Of a DNA stretch of 64,000 bases, positions 56,577 through 64,000 are shown in pieces (position 1 is the stretch's first letter; every line of letters starts with the position of its first letter). The notes below the pieces were generated by a model. It did not search any database. It saw nothing but the letters and a program-made list of their open reading frames with translations, and had not been told where the DNA came from. Position numbers and translations under genes: made by a program. Origin of the DNA: an uncultured Candidatus Poseidoniales archaeon (GTDB taxonomy: Archaea; Thermoplasmatota; Poseidoniia; Poseidoniales; Poseidoniaceae); NCBI GenBank assembly GCA_902563095.1, contig CACEWA010000001.1, positions 24,540 to 88,539 on the forward strand, written 5' to 3'.

Positions 56577-57411
56577 CGCGGTATCTTTCTCTTCCTTTCG
56601 AGTACAGAGTGATTACTCCACTTGATGAGACACAAATTGCAATTGAGTCTGCCAACTGACTGATTGCCCTAGCAGCAAGGTGCCTGCCTCCTTCTCCAGG
56701 TTTAGGGTTGATTCCTGCAGGGACTTGCACATATCTTCCAGCATCGCTGGCTATTCCTTTAGAATTGAATAGAATCGCTCCATCTAACCAAGCGAATTCG
56801 GCTAAAGTTTCATGATTATTTTGAACTGATACACTTTTTTTGGCATCGGAGTGGCCTTTGAAAGGATTGAGAACTAATGCCGTTGTATATCTTCTAAGTT
56901 TAGGCACCGAGCCTATCGCAAATAATGCGCCAACAGCATGACCTTCACGACCACGCCCCCCAATATGTCTTGCCAACTCCATTAGTTTAGCAAGTACTTC
57001 AATTTCGATATCATGCTCATTAGCCATTATCGCCAACTTGTTTGATGCCAGAGTACTTGCCTCGATGACAATCACTCCATCCATTGGTTCGCCCATGATT
57101 GCTAGTATCCTATCATTCGATTTGAAGCGGCCTTCACCCAAACCTTGCAGGATGATGTCGTGAAGGCTATTCAAAACCGATAACCCCTGAGAAGACAACG
57201 AATCCTCGAGAACTTCGACCTCAAACCCTAATTCTTTGAGATTATCACTAACCTTTGAAGATGAAGTAAGTGTGACGAGTCTCATCTTTTTAGGAAGGAT
57301 CTCTCTGATTCTCTTAACTGTTCGTGAATTGTTTGAAAGTAAGACTGCTGCAGAAAAATTTGAGCGGTCATTTTCGATTGCCGAAGCCACCAAATTTGGC
57401 AGATCGACCAT
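56563..57411 (-). CDS. Diadenylate cyclase (DacZ-like, DisA_N domain plus N-terminal alpha/beta domain)
   Basis: EGHAVGALF, LDGA catalytic motif, GRHLAA (RHR-equivalent), VSSSG.ITLY. Confidence 0.88.
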   Translation of the reverse strand: MVDLPNLVASAIENDRSNFSAAVLLSNNSRTVKRIREILPKKMRLVTLTSSSKVSDNLKELGFEVEVLEDSLSSQGLSVLNSLHDIILQGLGEGRFKSNDRILAIMGEPMDGVIVIEASTLASNKLAIMANEHDIEIEVLAKLMELARHIGGRGREGHAVGALFAIGSVPKLRRYTTALVLNPFKGHSDAKKSVSVQNNHETLAEFAWLDGAILFNSKGIASDAGRYVQVPAGINPKPGEGGRHLAARAISQLADSIAICVSSSGVITLYSKGRERYRVRLS

Positions 57412-57420
57412 TTAATCCCC

Positions 57421-58047
57421 TCATTGCATGGTGGTATCGATTCCCGGAAGTTGATCTTCAGATTCTCGATATACTGTACGCATGTTTTTAATGAAATTCT
57501 TTTCTTTAACAACAATATTGTATTCCTTGATTCCTGGGTTTTCTTCACCATCCATCAACCCAAGTAGAGTCTCAAGTGTCAGACGTGCACCTTCACGATG
57601 AGGGTATGCGAAAACACCCATGGATAACGGTGGAGCCATCACGACTTTGACTCCCTTCATTCCTTTCAATGTATCAAACAGATTGTGATATGCTTGTGGA
57701 AGTAAATCTCTTCTTGACTCATCTTGATTTGGCCTGCGGCAATCAGGGCTTACAACGTGAATAATGTGCTTGAAGCGTTCTTTCAGATTGAACGGCTTTG
57801 ACACAACATTTGTTGTAACTGGACAAGGTGGTAAATTCAATTTTCTTTGCTCTACGCTTACATCACGGCAAAATTCGCGAAGTTCATCTCCTGCGGCTTT
57901 GTGAATTTGTGCATCCAAACCTTCCCTTCCAGATAGTCGGTTATTAGCAGGAGTGACTACAGCATCTGCTTCTTGTAAATGGAGTTCCCCTCCTATGACT
58001 CGAACTACTCCCCATCGGCAAGTTCGCGCCATGTACAACTCGACCAT
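57421..58047 (-). CDS. Macrodomain protein (ADP-ribose-binding fold)
   Basis: DAVVTPAN, IHKAAG, IIHVVSP, PPLSMGVFAYP. Confidence 0.85.
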   Translation of the reverse strand: MVELYMARTCRWGVVRVIGGELHLQEADAVVTPANNRLSGREGLDAQIHKAAGDELREFCRDVSVEQRKLNLPPCPVTTNVVSKPFNLKERFKHIIHVVSPDCRRPNQDESRRDLLPQAYHNLFDTLKGMKGVKVVMAPPLSMGVFAYPHREGARLTLETLLGLMDGEENPGIKEYNIVVKEKNFIKNMRTVYRESEDQLPGIDTTMQ

Positions 58048-58166
58048 GTTTTGAGCAGGGGGGGCCGTCCTTCATATACACATTGACGATTTTAGCAAAA
58101 ATAGGCTATTTTTGGCACATACAATCAATCGAAGTGACTTTGAATAATCATCATGCCCATAGTAAT

Positions 58167-61100
58167 ATGTCCCCCGCTCGAAAAGCGCTTTTTTTAGTCG
58201 CGCTTTTCGTGATAAGTACGATTCATTTACCAAATGAAAAAATCGAAACGAATGAAATTAGTGATGAGATATTCAATGGATTTAGTGTCGCTAATGACAT
58301 TTGGAATGAAACCCCTCTCGAATCCATAGCTGTCCCTGGTGGTTTTGAACTCTCAACTGCGGTCGACTACAGTGACGTTGCTGTTTTGATTAACAATAAA
58401 TCTGAAGCAAGCCGTACTATTGGATGGGCTTTCGTAACTGCAAGAAACATAAGTGCAGACAGAGTATTCGTTTTCGATAATTCATCTAATCCGACTGGTG
58501 AGACTATCAATAGAGACCAATTCAACACATATTTCCTAGACCCATTCAAAGTGATGCTTTCTAATTACAATGGAACAGATATCAATTATCTAGTCACAAC
58601 TAAAGGGATTCCATTAAGAGTAAATGGAGGCAACAACAAAGCTTCCTTTGATCAAGAGATTTCATTGGCAGGCGGTACCTATGATTCAGATATAGGGGCA
58701 GACTGGTGGAGTAATCACGACTATGGCCCACTTGCGGGCAAGCAGATGAAGGAATTTACAAGGGATGAATACGGATTTTTCCTGGTCACAAGGTTGACGG
58801 GTTATACCGTTGACACTGCACTGGAGTTGATTGAAAAAGCAAACAACTCGTATGGTTCAAGAGGTATGCATGTATTGGATTTAGCAACAAACCGAAACGA
58901 TACTGGTTACAAATTTTGGAACGATGATTTGTATGTTGCAAATAGCACACTTAATGGCAGTATGAACTTGCCAGTTTATTTCGATGAAGAAACCGAATTT
59001 GTAACAAATATGTCCAATGTTCTCGGTTATGCATCATGGGGCAGCAATGATGGAAATTGGAATAAAAATTATCTCGCAAATGGGGGCTTTGACACCCTAG
59101 ATTCATCGTGGTCTAGCGGTTCAAGATATTGGAATATCTCTGGACCAACGGTTTCTGCAGGTGATGAATTCAACTGGTCGTATCAGACATCTAACAAACA
59201 AGGTGGTAATGGAGCATTCGAAGCTTCGATTTCTTCTGAATGCAGTCAAGAATCTGGTTATCTGCTACCCGGAATGTATGCTGAATATTTCGATAATGAA
59301 GGAATTAGTTTCAATGCCGCATCTATGCCTACTCTTATCGATAGAACCCCCGACCATATCAGATTAGAAAGCGATCTTGCATACTCCTCATCTGGAAATG
59401 CATACCCTGGTTTGGATGACCGATTCAAAAATAACTGGGGTGCGAGATTTAGTGGCTTAATCGATGTGCCAGAATCAGGAAATTGGACTTTTTATCTGAA
59501 TACAGACGATGGTTCTGAGTTATGGATTAACGGTGCAAGTGAAATTCAGAATTATGGAATGCATGGGATGCGGGAATATTCCTCTACATTGAATCTAAGT
59601 GAAGGGTATCATGATTTCAGAATTGAATTCTTCCAAGGAGGAGGCCCACATGGATTGAAATTTTCTTGGGAAGGTCCCAATGTGAGTAAAACAACGGTTC
59701 CTGCTTCTGCATTCTTCGTTTCGGGAGATTATGTTCCCAAATCTGAAAATCTAATTCACAGATGGGATTTCGAAGAAGGCAGTGGAACACAATCCAATGA
59801 TAGCATCGACAATAATTCAGACTTCACATTGTATGGAATGAACTCTTCTAATTGGAAGAATTGTATTGATGGAAACTGCTTGTGGTTTGATGGAACTGAT
59901 GATTATGCCAAAGTAAATGTCGACGATTGGTTGGGCAATTTCACTATCAGTCAATGGGTTTGGGCCAACACATCAAACCAATCTAACTATGCTTCTACAT
60001 TTGCAATAGACGATAATGCAGGTTCAAATCAATCATTCCAACACATGATATCTGGCGGTGAATGGAAACTACATAACAACCAAACTAAGTCATTTGGAGA
60101 TGTGATTCCGCAAAAGTGGAGCCACTTGGTTACTGTGTTTGAAACGGGTGAAACTAGACAATACATGGATGGAGTTCTGGTAAATTCAAACTACTATCCT
60201 AACGGTTCTGTCAATAACTTTGATTTGTACAAACTTGGAGTAAATCGAGCCGGTAACTCGCATTTTGAAGGTATGATTGACAATGTGATGGTTTGGGATA
60301 CTGCTCTCAGTAATAGTTCAATCACGGTTCTTAGTAGGAATATAATCGACAATTGTACGGCCTATTCGGGTAATGGCCAAGGGGTTGCATATCTCGAAAC
60401 GACACATGATATTCCTACTAACTTCACCAACCATGCATGGGTAGTATATGCCCACGGTAAGAGGGATGGAGATGTATTTGGAGAATATGAACTTCAAGTT
60501 ACATCTTACGATTCTAATGGGACCGAACTTAGTTACAATGAATCTTCAAAACAAGATTACACCGCATCGTGGAACTCTGAAACAATGCGCTTCAGGCCTC
60601 ATGAAAATGCTACCAGTATGAAAATTAGAATCTCGATTGACATTGTTCCTACATCAACTGAAGGTTCTCTATTCGTTGATTCTACTGTTTTACGAGTAAT
60701 TAGACCGCACATGGATTGGGTAAACGGTTCAATTGTCGAAACCGCAGTTAGTACAGGTGCTCGATCTTTCAATTGGGGTACAACATACGGTCAATCACTA
60801 GTTGCTGATATTCTTGAAGACGGGGCTAGTGGCATCAAAGGATATGTGTATGAACCATATCTAACCGCTGTATCATCTCCAAGCGTACTACTCTCATCTT
60901 ATGCAAGCGGGTTCAACCTTGCTGAATCCTATGCTGCTGCAAACACCATGACTAGTTGGATGGGAGTTGTTGTTGGTGACCCTAAGATGAGCCCTTACGC
61001 TGACATCGTACACGATATCGACATCATAGACGTAAGAGTTGTAGAAAATGTATCTAAAAATCAGAATTTCGAGATTGAAATCGCAATCCAAAACATTGGT

Positions 61101-63281
61101 CCTGGAACAGCGATTGGTAATCTGAAGGTAATTGACAAATTAGGTAGCCTAGTCTTGGTGAATCAAAGTGTGATGATGCCAAATGGCGCAGAAAACGGTA
61201 GTAGACAAATCATCAAGTTACAATTGAATACATCTCGTGAAGGTTGGAATAATCTAGCGGTGCGCTGGGAAGCTACATCGATATTGAACCCAGAACGAAA
61301 TATCGACAATAACTTGGTCGACTACACACTTTGGGTAAACAGCGCACCTGTAATCGAAGACATTTTTTGTGATTCATCACAATATAGTAGAGGAGATAGA
61401 TTTGTTTGCAGTATTGAAGCCAGTGATGATAGTGGCATTCAAACTACAGATATTGCATGGCGAATCACCAATGGCAACAACAGTACTGAATGGATTTGGA
61501 AAGGTACAGGTAGTCAAGATGGGTTCTTGTGGTGGACAACCATTGACCTGCCCTCGGATGTGGAGTTAGGAATGCTAGACATCATGGCAAATTCAACTGA
61601 TGAGTCCAATATTTCGACCATATCTATCGCTTCAGGAATTGCACAGATAACCGATGCACCAGCGTTTTGGTATGGCGTTCACGTATCGGGTGTTGATGAC
61701 CCTGAATGGGGTGGTGCTTCTGTGCTAACTTCCTATCCCAGTATTGGTGTTCTCAGAGGGCATGTCCTAACACTGAGGGCGTGTGTACTCGATACCGATC
61801 ATGACCTTTCTTCTCAAGCACCATTATTTTCTTCAACACGAGGACAGATTGACGGGCTGACACACGTTGCTGGAAGCAGTTCTGACCAGCATTGTTACAT
61901 CGCATCGTTTACACTACCTACAGAGACAAGCTTGGATTCGTTCAAAATTGAATTGCGGGACCACAATGGAGATTTCATGACTCGAAGAACAATTCAGATT
62001 GCGGACCAATCGCCCGAAGCAGAGATTATAATTGTTGATAACTCGGGTTCCGAAGTAGAAAATGTTCTAGGCGGAGGTGATGAATTCATCAAAGTCATAG
62101 TTACAGATAATGATGATTCAATCGAAGGAGTATACGGTGACCTCACAATTAGATGGCCTGGACAATCTGTGTATTCAGTTCCGGTAGAATTCAATGATGG
62201 AATCGCCATGGTTCCTCTTTCGACTTCTGAAAGCATCGAAAATGGAGACCTTCTAATCACAGCCAACATAACAGGTGCAAATGGTGCTAGTAACTCTGCT
62301 CAATTCCTAACTCCAATTGTACTGAGCCCACCTGAAATTCTCAGTATCGACTTGTGTCAGGACGGAGAAGAAATACAACAACTGATGTTTGGTCAGACTG
62401 CAGATGCAGTGGTTAGAATTCGCTCTTCTAGACAAATCAGTGAGGTTACTGCTAGCCTAGAACAGTTGGGCTGGATTGTTAATGCTCCTTCCCAGTCTGC
62501 AACTAGTTGTGGAAATGATTTGGCTGAGCAGGATGCAGCATTCCATTTCAGAATCCAACTCGATTCATCTTTCGTACCAGGAGATGGTTCCTTAGGAATT
62601 AGAGTAGTCGATATTGACGAAATTAGTTCTGTATCCTATCTCAATTTCGAATTCCTACACTCTCCTCCTGAAATTCAAGTCTCACATCCAGCAAATGTAT
62701 CGCATGCTTCACTATTGGAAATTTTGCTGGAAATGGAAGATGCCGATGGAATCGATGCTGATTGCGCTATTGGTTATCTACAAGGTGGAGAAGTGATTTA
62801 CTCTAAACCAGATAGTGCCGTTACAGATTTGGATGGAACTGGATTCTGGTCAAGTTCTTGGCTATTACCGGCTGAATTAAGTGGTAATATTACAGCAGAA
62901 ATTAATTGTGAAGACTGGAGTGGTAATGTAGTAAATTATTCAGCTATCATTGTTATTGATGAAGCCGAAGAATGCCTTGATTGTGAGAAGTTAGAACAGG
63001 AAACAGATGATAGTTCAGAATCGCTTGCAGTACCCCTTACAGTAAGTATCGTGATTCTATTATTGATTGTGCTCTTAGTTACTACTCGCGTGCGCGCACG
63101 CGAGGAAGACGAAGAAAAAGAAACCTGGCAAAATGAAGAAATTGCACCTCAGCGCGATGATAGAATTCCGGAAGGATGGACTCTTGAAGAATTCCTATCT
63201 TGGCTTGATGGCCCTATGCCTGATGAATGGGAAGAAGAACAATGGGAATTGTATCGAACCAGTTTAGAAGACCTAAGATAA
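58167..63281 (+). CDS. Giant membrane-anchored surface protein: TIGR03790-like domain with nested CBM-like/PA14/LamG, CARDB and Ig-like modules, C-terminal TM
   Basis: YLVTTKGIPL, FLVTRLTG, GYASWGSND ... GIKGYVYEPY, NLAESY, VVVGDP; PA14 NTDDGSELWING; LamG EGMIDNVMVWDTALS; start moved to 58167. Confidence 0.85.
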   Translation: MSPARKALFLVALFVISTIHLPNEKIETNEISDEIFNGFSVANDIWNETPLESIAVPGGFELSTAVDYSDVAVLINNKSEASRTIGWAFVTARNISADRVFVFDNSSNPTGETINRDQFNTYFLDPFKVMLSNYNGTDINYLVTTKGIPLRVNGGNNKASFDQEISLAGGTYDSDIGADWWSNHDYGPLAGKQMKEFTRDEYGFFLVTRLTGYTVDTALELIEKANNSYGSRGMHVLDLATNRNDTGYKFWNDDLYVANSTLNGSMNLPVYFDEETEFVTNMSNVLGYASWGSNDGNWNKNYLANGGFDTLDSSWSSGSRYWNISGPTVSAGDEFNWSYQTSNKQGGNGAFEASISSECSQESGYLLPGMYAEYFDNEGISFNAASMPTLIDRTPDHIRLESDLAYSSSGNAYPGLDDRFKNNWGARFSGLIDVPESGNWTFYLNTDDGSELWINGASEIQNYGMHGMREYSSTLNLSEGYHDFRIEFFQGGGPHGLKFSWEGPNVSKTTVPASAFFVSGDYVPKSENLIHRWDFEEGSGTQSNDSIDNNSDFTLYGMNSSNWKNCIDGNCLWFDGTDDYAKVNVDDWLGNFTISQWVWANTSNQSNYASTFAIDDNAGSNQSFQHMISGGEWKLHNNQTKSFGDVIPQKWSHLVTVFETGETRQYMDGVLVNSNYYPNGSVNNFDLYKLGVNRAGNSHFEGMIDNVMVWDTALSNSSITVLSRNIIDNCTAYSGNGQGVAYLETTHDIPTNFTNHAWVVYAHGKRDGDVFGEYELQVTSYDSNGTELSYNESSKQDYTASWNSETMRFRPHENATSMKIRISIDIVPTSTEGSLFVDSTVLRVIRPHMDWVNGSIVETAVSTGARSFNWGTTYGQSLVADILEDGASGIKGYVYEPYLTAVSSPSVLLSSYASGFNLAESYAAANTMTSWMGVVVGDPKMSPYADIVHDIDIIDVRVVENVSKNQNFEIEIAIQNIGPGTAIGNLKVIDKLGSLVLVNQSVMMPNGAENGSRQIIKLQLNTSREGWNNLAVRWEATSILNPERNIDNNLVDYTLWVNSAPVIEDIFCDSSQYSRGDRFVCSIEASDDSGIQTTDIAWRITNGNNSTEWIWKGTGSQDGFLWWTTIDLPSDVELGMLDIMANSTDESNISTISIASGIAQITDAPAFWYGVHVSGVDDPEWGGASVLTSYPSIGVLRGHVLTLRACVLDTDHDLSSQAPLFSSTRGQIDGLTHVAGSSSDQHCYIASFTLPTETSLDSFKIELRDHNGDFMTRRTIQIADQSPEAEIIIVDNSGSEVENVLGGGDEFIKVIVTDNDDSIEGVYGDLTIRWPGQSVYSVPVEFNDGIAMVPLSTSESIENGDLLITANITGANGASNSAQFLTPIVLSPPEILSIDLCQDGEEIQQLMFGQTADAVVRIRSSRQISEVTASLEQLGWIVNAPSQSATSCGNDLAEQDAAFHFRIQLDSSFVPGDGSLGIRVVDIDEISSVSYLNFEFLHSPPEIQVSHPANVSHASLLEILLEMEDADGIDADCAIGYLQGGEVIYSKPDSAVTDLDGTGFWSSSWLLPAELSGNITAEINCEDWSGNVVNYSAIIVIDEAEECLDCEKLEQETDDSSESLAVPLTVSIVILLLIVLLVTTRVRAREEDEEKETWQNEEIAPQRDDRIPEGWTLEEFLSWLDGPMPDEWEEEQWELYRTSLEDLR

Positions 63282-63401
63282 ATCATGATCAATAACCTTG
63301 TGAAAACAGAAAAATGAGGGTTATTCTAAACGCCGCACTGCTCTAAAGTGCCTTGTGAAAAGGCTCACTGCGGCCAATATGTGGCGCAGTATAGCGGTTT
63401 G

Positions 63402-63420
63402 ACGGGGGAAATATTATAAC
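63402..63420 (+). promoter_or_regulatory. Putative BRE/TATA promoter of the MC1 gene
   Basis: Purine-rich ggggaaat followed by ATTATAAC ~36-44 nt upstream of the ATG; GAGGT RBS before the ATG. Confidence 0.5.
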
Positions 63421-63455
63421 CCTTGCAATACCGTAGACGGTACGAGGTAAAACCT

Positions 63456-63719
63456 ATGGGTGAAAAGAAGTACTTCGTTCTGATGAAGGGCGGAAAAGAC
63501 ACAAGCCAAGTATTTGCGAGCAGACAACCACGTGGAGCGGCACTAAAAGCTGCTACTCGTGGACACACAGACATCCGTCTACGTGAGCGTGGAACCAAGA
63601 GAGTCCACGTCTTCACCGGACGCATCGAAACTGTTGACAAGCCTGCAAACGGCCCAGCGTGGCTTCCTGACAAGATCAAGAAGGCTAACGTAAGCAAGAC
63701 AGGTATCGAGCACCTTTGA
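63456..63719 (+). CDS. Non-histone chromosomal protein MC1
   Basis: RQPRGAALKAA, IRLRERGTKRVHVFTG, P.WLPDKI.K..V.K. Confidence 0.92.
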   Translation: MGEKKYFVLMKGGKDTSQVFASRQPRGAALKAATRGHTDIRLRERGTKRVHVFTGRIETVDKPANGPAWLPDKIKKANVSKTGIEHL

Positions 63720-63765
63720 ATTAAGGATGCTATGATGCATTGTTGAAACGCCCTTGCGGGACTTT

Positions 63766-63804
63766 GCCCCTCACAGGAGTTCGCTCCTGTGAGGGGCTTT
63801 TTTT
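63766..63804 (+). terminator. Hairpin plus T-tract terminator after MC1
   Basis: Perfect 14-bp stem gcccctcacaggag-TTCG-ctcctgtgaggggc followed by T7. Confidence 0.85.
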
Positions 63805-63872
63805 ATTTCAAATCGGCAATCGAGTCTTGGTTGCTCACATTCCTTTTTTTATTCGATTCAACTCGAAGAGTC

Positions 63873-64000
63873 GTGGAATACAGATTAACGGTACGAGATT
63901 TCTTGGCATTGGGCTTAGGCCTAGCCTTCATCTTAGTAGGTGTTGACCATTTCATTAATCCAGTATGGTATGAGCCAATCGTACCTTCATTACTCCCCAA
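63873..64000 (+). CDS. DoxX-like membrane protein, N-terminal part (runs off the window edge)
   Basis: Not in the ORF track. GTG start gives MEYRLTVRDFLALGLGLAFILVGVDHFINPVWYEPIVPSLLP, matching the G..HF..P..Y..IVP..LP pattern. Confidence 0.75.
   Translation, partial: MEYRLTVRDFLALGLGLAFILVGVDHFINPVWYEPIVPSLLP

Noticed and set aside
27144-58166. Longer ORF-track starts (e.g. 28484, 20259, 11806, 51679, 58083, 38463)
   Set aside because: They overlap neighbouring genes or promoters and add non-homologous N-termini; downstream starts with RBS or signal peptides fit better
63328-63400. tRNA-like cloverleaf
   Set aside because: No TTCRA T-loop, D-loop GG or 7-bp acceptor stem; kept only as a possible structured element
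172-63946. Many short ORFs in the track that overlap longer genes on the opposite strand or in another frame (e.g. 2829-3161, 4941-5615, 28054-28527, 30137-30610, 33986-34447, 63365-63697)
   Set aside because: Shadow ORFs of motif-bearing genes; no recognisable motifs or RBS
63803-64000. Minus-strand 65-aa ORF from the track
   Set aside because: The plus-strand frame from 63873 gives a DoxX-like protein and the minus ORF overlaps the terminator tract

Overview
Gene-dense archaeal chromosome segment. The gene set suggests Thermoplasmata, most likely Marine Group II / Ca. Poseidoniales (inference): GGAGGTGA-type ribosome-binding sites, Bud32, deoxyhypusine synthase, geranylgeranyl reductase, MC1, a presenilin-like protease, Hjc, a DacZ-type diadenylate cyclase, bacterial-type UvrB and acidic secreted proteins with GCTD repeats. 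About 52 real CDSs are present. They include a type IV pilus operon, an ABC exporter, leucine-catabolism carboxylase genes, futalosine-type menaquinone genes next to a GGR and ccmF, three membrane proteases and two giant surface proteins. I saw no tRNA, rRNA, CRISPR array or transposase. The most unusual observations are: (1) a cysteine-free Mrp/ApbC whose CxxC cluster motif is replaced by an Ig-like-looking insert, directly upstream of a CPCxxC DUF971 protein; (2) a TIGR03790-type protein with PA14+LamG nested in a CBM-like domain that is itself nested in the TIGR03790 domain; (3) a presenilin homologue with a ~370-aa inserted domain, one of several membrane enzymes with grafted ectodomains; (4) a macrodomain-diadenylate cyclase gene pair; (5) recurring GC-rich cUNCGg/cGNAg hairpins in intergenic DNA, two of them abutting start codons. 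All family assignments come from motif recognition by eye; no database search was run.
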